64,000 bases of DNA from NCBI GenBank assembly GCA_034530875.2, contig JAVRCJ020000004.1, positions 224,001 to 288,000 of the forward strand, in the 5' to 3' direction. This DNA comes from Nostoc sp. DedSLP01. Its GTDB lineage: Bacteria; Cyanobacteriota; Cyanobacteriia; Cyanobacteriales; Nostocaceae. A program made the position numbers and the translations under genes. Of this stretch, positions 21,638 through 31,615 are shown one piece after another (positions within the stretch are counted from its first letter, which is position 1; each line of letters begins with the position of its first letter). The notes under the pieces were generated by a model. That model worked only from the letters and a program-made list of their open reading frames with translations, searched no databases and was not told the origin of the DNA.

Positions 21638-21988
21638 TCAAAGCCCGACAGCTTTATCGAAGCGTAGTATCTCTAAACTGCGATCGCCGTATACTCCTTC
21701 TATTTGCTGACGACAGCAGTCAATGGCAAAATCATTGAGTTCTTCTGGTTCAATCCCATACATGTCTTCAAAGATTTCTGACTCCACGCGGCAGAAGCGC
21801 GGACGGTTGGTGTAGATACGGCACTCCCGCGTAGCATGGTCAAAATTAATGCACCATCCTCCTTCACCTACCATACTGAGATAAAGTTCTAGTTCTGGCG
21901 GTGAGAGATACTCATCCAAATCTGGACGCTCTGCGGGATCGAGATGACAGCAGGCTCCACATTGCTTTACACATTGCCAATTTGACAT
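21638..21988 (-). CDS. YkgJ/FliB-family Cys-cluster protein
   Basis: CxxxCGACC, WC, CRIY..RPRFCR. Confidence 0.85.
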   Translation of the reverse strand: MSNWQCVKQCGACCHLDPAERPDLDEYLSPPELELYLSMVGEGGWCINFDHATRECRIYTNRPRFCRVESEIFEDMYGIEPEELNDFAIDCCRQQIEGVYGDRSLEILRFDKAVGL

Positions 21989-22241
21989 ATAGGGTTAGGG
22001 ATTGGAATTGGTGATTGGGCATTGGCCAAACACAGCATTGGTATTGAGTATTATAAAGTACTATTTTTAATCTTATTCCCCAGTCCCTAGTCCCCAATCC
22101 GCGATACCTCACATTTTATGTTTTTTCTTGTAATTTTGTTAAGTAAATTAAATCCTGCTGCCCGCGGCCAGATATGATCGATCGCGGGTTTCCTAACTAA
22201 GTTATTGAATTTTTTAAACAGTTAGCAGGAGAAGAGAAAAA

Positions 22242-22385
22242 ATGTTTGACGCTGTGGGTGATTTATTTAACGCTTTTACCAGCATCAATTGGGAAGTTAT
22301 TTTCCAATTACTGTCCGTAGCGCTAATCGTGATTGCTGGGCCAGCGGTAATCTTTGTGCTGGCATTTCGTAACGGTAACCTTTAA
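22242..22385 (+). CDS. psb30: Photosystem II subunit Psb30 (Ycf12); absent from the ORF track
   Basis: 47 aa [55 protein letters not shown]. Confidence 0.93.
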   Translation: MFDAVGDLFNAFTSINWEVIFQLLSVALIVIAGPAVIFVLAFRNGNL

Positions 22386-22470
22386 GAGTTCACAGTGCTG
22401 AGTGCTGAGTGCTGAGTACAAGAAAATTTGGGAATTTAAAACGCATAACTCAAAACTTAAAACTCAGAAC

Positions 22471-24570
22471 TCATAACTCAGCACTAGGTACTGATAATGC
22501 TTGAAGGGCTGCCTGGATAATACCCTCATACTGTGGTTGAGAAATATCAACTTCTTTAGCGTCTTGACGATTAGTACCAAGCAAACCATTTAGTTTTCCT
22601 GGTTGCATAGCTAAGACTTTGCCTTCAGGATTTTTAATTCTTAATTCTGCTGCCAAGCCATTTTTATAGAAACCACAAGTATACTGTCGCTGCTTGTATT
22701 CAAAAGTGGTGCTTGAAGAGGTAGGCGGCGAAACAAATAATTTCTCCAGCACAATTGGTAATCTCGCACCAACTAACTCTAACTCGATGCTGGTGTTACC
22801 GTTAAAGTGATTCTCTCGCAGTTTATAAGCAACATCAACTCGTGATGGTAGACGGAAGTAATCGCGCCAACGCCAAGCGATCGCTTTAATTTTATACTGT
22901 TGACCGTTAACAGTTTGACCAAGTGTCAGTTTAATGTGACCCTTGCCAACGATTTGTTGTTCGACTATTTGCACGTTAGGCGTCCAGAAGATGGGATCGG
23001 GATTGTCGATACCGCAAGGATGGAGAGCGTTAAGCTGTTGATAAAGCTGCCGGTCGATTTGATTTAGGTTGACTTCGGCATCAATTTTCAGCAGAGGTTT
23101 GAGATGTTGTGGTTCAAGACAATTATTGGCAAATTCAATCAAACGCGATCGCAACGCCTGTAAATTTTCTGCTGATAAAGAAAATCCACCGGCTGCTTTA
23201 TGTCCGCCAAATTTGCCTAGTAAATCGTGACAAGCTTCTAAAGCTGCAAACACGTTAAACTCTGGAATTCCTCGTGCGGAACCGCGTATGTGTTGTTCAT
23301 CTTCATAAGTACCAATGAACACAGGCACGCCGTAGCGTTCCACCAAACGAGAAGCGACAATACCGATAACGCCGTGATGCCAATTGGGTTGCACAACAAC
23401 TAATACACGGTCTTGCTGTAGAGACATAATATAGTGCGTTTCGACAACAGCGATCGCTTCTTGTTCAATTTGCTCGCACATCTGCTGGCGACTAACATTT
23501 ATTTGTTCGCACTGCATTGCTCTTTCCAGCGCCACCCCCATATCATCTGTAGTTAGCAGTTCAATCACAGTCTGGGGGTTACCTATCCGACCAATGGCAT
23601 TAATTCGCGGCCCTAAACGAAAGCCGATATCCTCAGGCTTCAAGGATTTTGAATTTTGGATTTTGGATTTTGGATTAGCAATTTTCTCCCCTGCTCCTTC
23701 ATCTTCCCTCGCCTGGACTCCAGCTACTTGAATTAATGCCTGAACTCCAGCTAAGTTTGATTTCGGTAAATGCTGTAAACCGCGTTTTACCCAGCGGCGA
23801 TTGACGCCAGTTAAGGGAGCTAAATCTGCGATCGTTCCCAGTGTAAAGAGTGCTAGCATCGGTTTAATTAAGCCTTTGGTTTCACCTAGCTGTTGTGCTA
23901 GAGACACTGCCAAAATATAGGCAACACCAACACCAGCAACACCCCGATAAGGTGAGGATTCTGCTATGAGTTTGGGGTTGAGGATAGCATTTGCTGGCGG
24001 TAGTTTTTGAGGAATGTCGTGGTGGTCGGTGATAATAACTGCAAGACCGAGTTCTCTAGCTCTAGCTACTGGGTCAAATGCAGAGATGCCATTGTCTACA
24101 GTGAGAATTAACCCTACACCTTCGCTATGAAATTCTTCAACTATACGTTTATTAATACCGTAGCCTTCGTGCATCCGGCTGGGAATAGCATAATCTACTT
24201 GTGCGCCTAAAGTGCGGAGACTACGCAAAAGTAAAGCAGTACTAGTCATGCCATCAGCATCGTAGTCACCACAAATAGCAATTTTTGTTTGAGAGGCGAT
24301 CGCATTTTGCAATAACTCCACGCTAATCGCCAAATCTGGAAATTCCTCCAAGGGTGAAGGTAAAACTAAAGACTCTGGTTCTAAAAATTCTCTTGCTGCT
24401 TGTGGCGTTTCGATACCGCGATTAATTAACAGCTGGCTGATGATGGGTGAAAGATTAGTCTCAATCGCTAGCTTTTGAGCTACTTGAGTTTGTTGCGGAT
24501 AAATCTGCCAACGCTGATTGGGTAGGGATCTGGTTTGTTTTAACGATTCAGTTAAAGGTCGGTCTGACAC
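22471..24570 (-). CDS. recJ: Single-stranded-DNA exonuclease RecJ
   Basis: GDYDADG, TVDNG, TDHH, LGTIADL, PRINAIGR, GSAR, GGHKAAGG. Confidence 0.95.
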   Translation of the reverse strand: MSDRPLTESLKQTRSLPNQRWQIYPQQTQVAQKLAIETNLSPIISQLLINRGIETPQAAREFLEPESLVLPSPLEEFPDLAISVELLQNAIASQTKIAICGDYDADGMTSTALLLRSLRTLGAQVDYAIPSRMHEGYGINKRIVEEFHSEGVGLILTVDNGISAFDPVARARELGLAVIITDHHDIPQKLPPANAILNPKLIAESSPYRGVAGVGVAYILAVSLAQQLGETKGLIKPMLALFTLGTIADLAPLTGVNRRWVKRGLQHLPKSNLAGVQALIQVAGVQAREDEGAGEKIANPKSKIQNSKSLKPEDIGFRLGPRINAIGRIGNPQTVIELLTTDDMGVALERAMQCEQINVSRQQMCEQIEQEAIAVVETHYIMSLQQDRVLVVVQPNWHHGVIGIVASRLVERYGVPVFIGTYEDEQHIRGSARGIPEFNVFAALEACHDLLGKFGGHKAAGGFSLSAENLQALRSRLIEFANNCLEPQHLKPLLKIDAEVNLNQIDRQLYQQLNALHPCGIDNPDPIFWTPNVQIVEQQIVGKGHIKLTLGQTVNGQQYKIKAIAWRWRDYFRLPSRVDVAYKLRENHFNGNTSIELELVGARLPIVLEKLFVSPPTSSSTTFEYKQRQYTCGFYKNGLAAELRIKNPEGKVLAMQPGKLNGLLGTNRQDAKEVDISQPQYEGIIQAALQALSVPSAEL

Positions 24571-24603
24571 AATTAAATCTTAGAAGTTTCCATTCTGATA
24601 ATA

Positions 24604-24632
24604 GCGATGCCTGCGGCGCGCTACGCCTACGC
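24604..24632. repeat. Small dispersed repeat at a HIP1-like site
   Basis: GCGATGCCTGCGGCGCGCTACGCCTACGC: HIP1-like halves GCGA and CGC around a GC-rich insert. Confidence 0.6.
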
Positions 24633-25292
24633 CTCTATCGCTTTTACCAAAACCCATCTTCGGCACAATGCCCAAAAATTTTACAATTCTTATAAGTATT
24701 TTTACTCTAGTATTTTTATAACTTTAATCTACCAAACTTTACAAAAAGCAGAAAATAGTATCTATCTTAGGTTTGATTATTAAGACTGACTTTAATATTA
24801 TTTATAATTTTATCTTTTTTAGCGTCATAAAACGAGAAAAATAACATCTATCTTGAGTCTAATTGTGAAAATTTTATTTTTATTTTATTTTTATTACAAC
24901 AATGTTAAAAGTTTTTATGTAACTAAACAATTATATTGAAAACGCAACTTAGTTAAGAACTAGGTGCGAAATACGTTACATAACTTAATTTTTTTTAAAT
25001 GCATCTAGATTGCTATTGCTTGAAATAGTAATTGTTGCACTGATAGCAGGTAACAGGGAACAGGGAACAGACTTGAATATCTCTTTGTGTCTGGGTTTTA
25101 CAGTCATCTAGCTTATTGCTTGAACTGCTATGTATGCAGTTTGCAAGTAAATAAAGTGCAGAACGTAGAACTCAAAGTCATATATTTACAGTGCTTTACT
25201 TCTGAGTGTTGACTCGGAAAATTGTGCTGTAAATAGAGGCTTGTATCAAGAAAAAATCCTTTGCAAACAACAAATCCAGGGTTTAAAAACTA

Positions 25293-25856
25293 ATGATGAA
25301 TAAGAGTAATAACCAGTCTAATTCTAGGACTCATGTTGCACCTAAACTAGAAGCATCTTTGATTAGAACCTTTCTTCAAGAATCAGAAGGAAATTGGTCT
25401 TCTGAACGACGCTATTATGCCTTACCGAATGGCAAAGTTAAGGAAATAAAAAAAACAGTCGCGATGCGGTTTCTAGAAGGAGGAAGCCCGGAATTAGCTG
25501 AACTAGCAAAACTGCACGAATTGGATGAAAATGCTGTAATGAGTTGTGGTTCTTACGTCGAGTGGAACAGTGTAGATACAACAACAGGTGAAGAAGGTTC
25601 TAAACGTTGGACAGTGCTTGGTTCCTTAGGAACAACTATGTATTTTGGTCGTAATTTTCCGATACCTAAGCTAGTAGTGGCTGAATATTATTTTCGAGAT
25701 CCCAAAACCATATATTTGTGGACGCATGAAAACGGCGCTCTTTTCGAGGAAGAATTAAAAATGGTTGGTAGAAATTATCGTACCCGACAAACTGTTATTT
25801 CTCGTGGTGGCGTGCAACAGATGATTGCTCAATATATGGAAAAGCTGATTGCATAA
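25293..25856 (+). CDS. Divergent CpcS/CpeS-family (CpcV-like) bilin lyase
   Basis: F.QESEGNWSSERRYY, FEEELK..G.NYRTRQT.ISR.G...MI.QY.EK. Confidence 0.7.
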   Translation: MMNKSNNQSNSRTHVAPKLEASLIRTFLQESEGNWSSERRYYALPNGKVKEIKKTVAMRFLEGGSPELAELAKLHELDENAVMSCGSYVEWNSVDTTTGEEGSKRWTVLGSLGTTMYFGRNFPIPKLVVAEYYFRDPKTIYLWTHENGALFEEELKMVGRNYRTRQTVISRGGVQQMIAQYMEKLIA

Positions 25857-25952
25857 CTTATCAGCTTTCTGGGATTTAGGGTTTATTTTTAGTATTTTGG
25901 AGTTTTTAGTTATGAGTTATGAAAGTAAAATTTGTTTCATAACTCATCATTT

Positions 25953-26378
25953 CTAAAGCACGTTGATTCTACCATCATCCATAATATACAAGGAGCGATC
26001 GCCAGGAGAACGCCAAGTTGGACGCAGTTCCAGCCGCAGCGTGCCAAAGTCGGGTTTTGAGACAATTGCTTGTAATGACAAACCCGTTTCGCTCCAAAAT
26101 ATTAAAGATGTATTCGGCTCTGTACCTTCTATTTGTTCTAAATTTAATTTCTGTCCTGGACTCAAAGATATTGCATCAGTCGCGGAGGGTTTTTGGACTT
26201 TAATTAAATTCGGCGTGCTATTTACAACTTGAACTCGGATGTGTTGTCCCGGAGTAAACTGAATTGGACGGGAACCACATTTAGAGGCACATGTTCCAGC
26301 TAATGTACTAGTGGGGTTATTAATAGATGCCGTGAGAACGGTAACTGCAATTAAAGCAAAAGACAGAGGCTTAAACAT
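25953..26378 (-). CDS. Hypothetical exported protein
   Basis: Signal-peptide-like N-terminus, CASKC motif. Confidence 0.7.
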   Translation of the reverse strand: MFKPLSFALIAVTVLTASINNPTSTLAGTCASKCGSRPIQFTPGQHIRVQVVNSTPNLIKVQKPSATDAISLSPGQKLNLEQIEGTEPNTSLIFWSETGLSLQAIVSKPDFGTLRLELRPTWRSPGDRSLYIMDDGRINVL

Positions 26379-26580
26379 GATACACAGTATAAGTACTTAA
26401 CTAAAATTTTACTCTTAGTTAAGTACTCTAAGCCTCAGCATATTTTCCAGAATTACAGCAGAACTCACAATTCAGGAGTCAGAATTGATATCAGTCGTCA
26501 GAATTCAGTTGGATATTCTGTATGGCTGGTGTCTACTAATTGATTTTGATCCCTCAATTGTGAATTCTGAATTCTTATTT

Positions 26581-27408
26581 TTAACCAAAACGTCCGCTGA
26601 TATAGTCCTCCGCTTCTCTAGTTTGAGGAGAATTAAACATTTGCAGCGTAGGACTGAACTCGACTAATTTTCCGCGGCGTTTGCCATGTTCGTCAATTTC
26701 TGTATTGAAGAACGCGGTGAAATCTGCAACTCTAGAAGCTTGCTGCATGTTGTGAGTCACCATAACGATAGTATATTGCTCCTTGAGTTCTAAGCACAAT
26801 TCTTCTACTTGACGGCTAGAAATCGGGTCGAGAGCAGAGCATGGTTCATCCATTAATAATACATCTGGCTTCATAGCGATCGCTCTGGCAATACAAAGCC
26901 GTTGCTGTTGTCCGCCAGATAATGCAGTACCCTTTTCTTTGAGTTTGTCTTTGACTTCATCCCAGATAGCGGCGCGTCTGAGGGAATTTTCTACCAATTC
27001 ATCGATATTACCTTTATAACCGTTAGAACGCGGGCCAAAAGCAATATTTTCGTATATTGACTTGGGGAAAGGATTCGGTCTTTGAAAAACCATTCCCACT
27101 TGACGGCGTAATTTTACAGAATTAATATTGGGGTCGTAAATATTGCGATCGCGATAATTCAATCTACCTTCTACCTTCGCTCCAGGGATTAAATCATTCA
27201 TTCTATTGAAGCAACGCAGTAAGGTACTTTTACCGCATCCTGAAGGGCCAATAAAAGCAATAATTTGTTTTTCTGGAATCTTCAAATAGACATCTAAAAG
27301 TGCCAGGAATCCGCCATAGTATACTTTTACTCCTTCAGCATTAAATACTGTATTTGTTTGTTCTAGTGTGGCGCTATCTCGTTGATTTCTGCTATTGCTA
27401 TAGGTCAT
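26581..27408 (-). CDS. pstB: Pst-family ABC ATPase
   Basis: [48 protein letters not shown]; start ATG 27408 with GGAG RBS. Confidence 0.93.
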   Translation of the reverse strand: MTYSNSRNQRDSATLEQTNTVFNAEGVKVYYGGFLALLDVYLKIPEKQIIAFIGPSGCGKSTLLRCFNRMNDLIPGAKVEGRLNYRDRNIYDPNINSVKLRRQVGMVFQRPNPFPKSIYENIAFGPRSNGYKGNIDELVENSLRRAAIWDEVKDKLKEKGTALSGGQQQRLCIARAIAMKPDVLLMDEPCSALDPISSRQVEELCLELKEQYTIVMVTHNMQQASRVADFTAFFNTEIDEHGKRRGKLVEFSPTLQMFNSPQTREAEDYISGRFG

Positions 27409-27489
27409 TTTGTGTATCTCCAAATCCTCAAAAAAATTAGCCAATTAGCTTTCAATTATCTTTATCAATGCTGAATTATTACCATTTAT

Positions 27490-28389
27490 TTAATGTGTAG
27501 AGAAGCGTTGTCTGATATAAATTGCCACACCATTTAACGCTAAAATCAACAATAACAACGCAATAATTGTGGCTGCTGCTGCATCAGCAAAACCTGGTTC
27601 CGGACGAGTAATATAACTGTAAATTTGAATGGGTAATGCCATAAACCTTTGAAACAAACCAGGATCGAAGGTGAGAAAACCCACAGCACCTACAACAATT
27701 AGAGAAGCTGCATCACCAATAGCACGGGATACAGAAATAATTACTCCAGTCAAAATACCAGGAATTGCATAGGGTATGACATGACTGCTAATAGTTCGCC
27801 ATTTGGTTACGCCTAAGCCATAAGAAGCATTTCGCAAGGAATCTGGGACAGCGCGAATTGCTTCTCTAGCCGTCACAATGATTACTGGTAAAGACAATAA
27901 AGATAAAGTCAATGCACCAGAAATCAAAGCGGGGCCAAATCCCAGCAAATAATTGAAAACTCCTAAACCCAGCAATCCATAAACTATAGAAGGTACACCC
28001 GCTAGATTGCTAATGTTAATTTCAATAATTGCTGTCCACCAAGCTTTAGGTGCGTATTCTTCGAGATATAAAGCTGCTCCCACACCAACTGGAACAGTTA
28101 CTAAAATAACAAGTATTCCTAAAAGAATACTACTAATAATAGCAGGACGAATGCCACCTTGGTCGGGGAAACGAGAAGGCGTTTCTGTAAGAAAGCCAGG
28201 TGATAAAAATCTGCCTAATCCATCTCGGAGAATATCAAAAAGTAACAATGCTAGGATAAATAAACCAACAAGTAATCCTAATAAAAAAATGAATTCAAAT
28301 ATCTTTCCTAGCGTTTCTCTCTTCTCAACATTGTCAGTAAATTCTGCTGCCGAATCCCAAGACTCATCTCTTTGATAACTTGTAGCCAT
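27490..28389 (-). CDS. pstA: Pst-family ABC permease PstA
   Basis: YLEEYA, NLAGVPSIVYGLLGL, EAIRAVP, SRAIG. Confidence 0.9.
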   Translation of the reverse strand: MATSYQRDESWDSAAEFTDNVEKRETLGKIFEFIFLLGLLVGLFILALLLFDILRDGLGRFLSPGFLTETPSRFPDQGGIRPAIISSILLGILVILVTVPVGVGAALYLEEYAPKAWWTAIIEINISNLAGVPSIVYGLLGLGVFNYLLGFGPALISGALTLSLLSLPVIIVTAREAIRAVPDSLRNASYGLGVTKWRTISSHVIPYAIPGILTGVIISVSRAIGDAASLIVVGAVGFLTFDPGLFQRFMALPIQIYSYITRPEPGFADAAAATIIALLLLILALNGVAIYIRQRFSTH

Positions 28390-28394
28390 GCTTA

Positions 28395-29336
28395 TTACTC
28401 GTATTTTTCTTTAAAGCGATTAGCAATCCAATAACTAACAATATTTAAAATTAGTGTAATTACAAACAACACAGCGCCCACAGCATATAATGTGTTGAAA
28501 TTGAGACTGCCACGCGGACTGTCTCCACCAGAAATTTGTGCCATGTAAGCTGTCATTGTTTCTATTGATTCTGCAAAATTAATCGTCAGTTTGGGTTGTT
28601 GTCCAGCAGCAATTAGTACTGTCATTGTTTCACCAACCGCACGAGAAATACCCAAAATAATTGAAGCGATAATTCCAGAAAGTGCTGCTGGGAGGACTAC
28701 TTTAAAGATGGTTTCCAGTTTAGTGATACCAATGGCATAAGCTCCTTCTCTTAAAGAACGTGGAACAGATCGAATCGCATCTAAGCTAATAGAACCAACT
28801 GTAGGAGTAATCATTACGCCCATCATTAATCCGGCACTTAAGGCGTTGAAGATTTCTAAAGGGATCAAATTTCGGAGTAATGGCGTCACGAATAATAATG
28901 CAAAATATCCATAGACTACCGTTGGCACTCCTGCTAACAGTTCTACTGCCGGACGTAAAATTGCTGCTACTTTCGGTTGAGCATATTCACTCAAATAAAT
29001 GGCGGAGGACAAGCCTAAAGGAATAGCCACTGCCATAGCGATCGCAGTAGTCAACAAAGTACCATTAATCAAAGGCCAGATACCAAAATGTTTCTCTGCA
29101 AATAGAGGCGTCCACTTAGTATCGAGAAAGAATTGAGCAAAGGAAACTTCTTTAAAAAAAGCAAATGTCTCCTGAAAGATAATTACGACAATACCAAAGG
29201 TAGTCAAAACCGAAACTAAAGCACAAGCAAATAAAATCGCCGCCACAATTTTTTCTGAGATATCTTCAGATGCATTTTTCTCTAGTGACTGTCTAGATAA
29301 TAAATAAGGATCTTCTTGAAAATTCTGATTTGCCAT
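28395..29336 (-). CDS. pstC: Pst-family ABC permease PstC
   Basis: IYLSEYA, ELLAGVPTVVYG, SRAVGETM. Confidence 0.92.
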   Translation of the reverse strand: MANQNFQEDPYLLSRQSLEKNASEDISEKIVAAILFACALVSVLTTFGIVVIIFQETFAFFKEVSFAQFFLDTKWTPLFAEKHFGIWPLINGTLLTTAIAMAVAIPLGLSSAIYLSEYAQPKVAAILRPAVELLAGVPTVVYGYFALLFVTPLLRNLIPLEIFNALSAGLMMGVMITPTVGSISLDAIRSVPRSLREGAYAIGITKLETIFKVVLPAALSGIIASIILGISRAVGETMTVLIAAGQQPKLTINFAESIETMTAYMAQISGGDSPRGSLNFNTLYAVGAVLFVITLILNIVSYWIANRFKEKYE

Positions 29337-29350
29337 AAATAGTAGTTTAT

Positions 29351-30352
29351 TTAAATAAACTTTGTAATCGGTTCGCCAGGTTTGGCTTTTTTAAATTTTG
29401 TCCCAGTTTCACCCCTATTAAATTTTTCTTTGGTTTTGATATATGCTTCATCAGGTAATGCAACATAACCAACGCTATCTACCCATTTCCAAGAATTGTC
29501 TAGATAAAAATCTACAAATTCTTTCACTGCTGGTTTAGTATCTAAGGATTTTTTACTCACATAGATAAATAGAGGTCGAGATAAAGGTGTGTAGATATTT
29601 TTAATCACATTATCCACAGGAACTGGTTTTTGACATTTTCCTAAAGGACTTTCTACACCAACTAAATTCAGTTTTTCTTGGTTTTGAATGTAGTAAGATA
29701 TACCCACATAGCCTAATGAAAATTCATCTCCTGATACACCTTGTACCAGCAAATTTTGATTGTGGCTGGGAGTGTAGTCTGTACGGCCGTTCTTAGCTTT
29801 GCCAGTCACAGCTTGAGTCATATAATCAAACGTCCCAGTATCAGAAGCCGGAGCATACAGCTTAAGTTTTTGATTAGGAAATTTGGGATTTACTTGATTC
29901 CAACTTAATATTTTGCTGTCTGATTTAGCACTCCAAATCTTGTCTAATTCTTTAATAGTTAGACATTTAGCAAAGTTATTTTTACGATTGGCAATCACGG
30001 CAATGCCATCCAAAGCTATAGGCAATTCAACAAAGTCAATATTCTTACTTTGACATTTCTTAATTTCTTCATCTCTAATGGTACGAGAAGCACCAGCTAT
30101 ATCAATATCACCATTACAAAATTTACTGAAACCGCCACCAGTACCACTTGAGGCTACACTCACTTTAGCTTCGGGTTTGCTTTTGCCATATTCTTCTGCA
30201 ACTGCTAAAGAAATAGGAAAACCTACAGCGGCACCATCAATACTTACTTGACTTTTCAATTCTTGTCCGCTGTTACAAGCACTAAGACTACCGACAAGAA
30301 GCGTTATAGAAGTTAGCAAGAGGCTATTTTTGAATCGGTGACGAAAGGTCAT
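29351..30352 (-). CDS. pstS: PstS-family substrate-binding lipoprotein with altered binding motif
   Basis: Lipobox LSAC, SSGTGGGF.KFC, ASR, YTPLSRPLFIYV; usual IDGSST reads IDGAAV. Confidence 0.85.
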   Translation of the reverse strand: MTFRHRFKNSLLLTSITLLVGSLSACNSGQELKSQVSIDGAAVGFPISLAVAEEYGKSKPEAKVSVASSGTGGGFSKFCNGDIDIAGASRTIRDEEIKKCQSKNIDFVELPIALDGIAVIANRKNNFAKCLTIKELDKIWSAKSDSKILSWNQVNPKFPNQKLKLYAPASDTGTFDYMTQAVTGKAKNGRTDYTPSHNQNLLVQGVSGDEFSLGYVGISYYIQNQEKLNLVGVESPLGKCQKPVPVDNVIKNIYTPLSRPLFIYVSKKSLDTKPAVKEFVDFYLDNSWKWVDSVGYVALPDEAYIKTKEKFNRGETGTKFKKAKPGEPITKFI

Positions 30353-30439
30353 AAATTATCAATTGAGGTAAAGTAACACAAGATGCCTGATAGTGTTTAT
30401 CTATTTGCATCTAGAAAATACTGCACTAAAAACTAATAC

Positions 30440-31597
30440 TTATGCTTTTTTGCCAGCTACAGCTTTATCAAAAATCGCGCCATCTCCAAAAAACTTTTTC
30501 TCGATATTATCCCAGCCGCCTAAATCTTGAGACGTAAATAATGTATCTACTTGCGGATATTCAGATAATACTTCTTGGGAAACAATGGGGTTAACAGGAC
30601 GATACTGTAATTTAGCAAATTCTCGTTGAGCTTCTGTTGAATAAAGGTAATCAACAAATGCTTGTGCAACTTTTCTTGTCCCGTGCTTATCAACGTTTTT
30701 ATCAACTACAGCTACAGGATTATCAATAGAAATATTGAGTTTTGGTACTACATAAGGGAGTTTTTTTCCAGCCTTTTCTGCCAAAATTACCTCATTTTCG
30801 TAGGTAATTAAGACGTCTCCTTGACCTTTTTGGAAAAACAAATCGCTAGCTTCACGAGCATCTTTTGCTAGTGGAGGAGTGTTTTTATAGACTTTGGTGA
30901 CATAATCTAATGCTGTTGTTTCGTCACCTCCGGCTTGAGTCACCGAACCCCATAAAGCTAAGAATTCCCAAATAGCAATACCAGAGGTTTTTGGGTTAGC
31001 TGCAATCAGTGTCACCCCATCTTTTGTTAAGTCTTGCCAAGTATAGATATTTTTGGGATTACCTTCGCGAGTGACGATAGTAGCAACAGATCTGCTGACG
31101 ATACCATTTCTAGGAGATTTGATTTCCCAACCTGGTTTAATTAAACCTGCTTGTTGAATTTTATTTACATCCAGAGGAAGCGCTAAATGTACGATATCTG
31201 CTTCTTGAGAACCGTCAATAACAGCAGCAGTTTGAGCGCCAGAACCTCCATAACTTTGTTCAAATATGATGTTTTGGTTGTGTTCTTGCTTCCACTTTTC
31301 GACAAATTTTGGAATTATTTGGTCGTGAGCTGCTTTAGTAACGGAAAAAGAAACCAGCCTCAGCTTGAGATCGGCATTATTAGCGGAACTGCTTCCCGAA
31401 CAGGAGGCAACCAACATGCTCAAAACAGCACCTATGAGTAACAAACTTGCGAAACTCTGGATAGTACGTCCATTCAGCCAATTTCTAATTCGGCGTTGGT
31501 ACGAAAATTTCATAAGTTCCAAAGTTTTCTTGCGAGAATTCTGCATTACTTGAGCTAGGTATTTCCCTATTTCTGTCCGTTGTTGCGGCTTGCTCAT
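30440..31597 (-). CDS. sbp: Sulfate/thiosulfate-binding protein family lipoprotein
   Basis: SYGGSG, ANPKTSG, DAREA, YENE, ISIDNPVAVVD, GGW; lipobox VASC; mature part lacks Met/Cys. Confidence 0.88.
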   Translation of the reverse strand: MSKPQQRTEIGKYLAQVMQNSRKKTLELMKFSYQRRIRNWLNGRTIQSFASLLLIGAVLSMLVASCSGSSSANNADLKLRLVSFSVTKAAHDQIIPKFVEKWKQEHNQNIIFEQSYGGSGAQTAAVIDGSQEADIVHLALPLDVNKIQQAGLIKPGWEIKSPRNGIVSRSVATIVTREGNPKNIYTWQDLTKDGVTLIAANPKTSGIAIWEFLALWGSVTQAGGDETTALDYVTKVYKNTPPLAKDAREASDLFFQKGQGDVLITYENEVILAEKAGKKLPYVVPKLNISIDNPVAVVDKNVDKHGTRKVAQAFVDYLYSTEAQREFAKLQYRPVNPIVSQEVLSEYPQVDTLFTSQDLGGWDNIEKKFFGDGAIFDKAVAGKKA

Positions 31598-31615
31598 TCA
31601 AATCACCCCTAAAAC

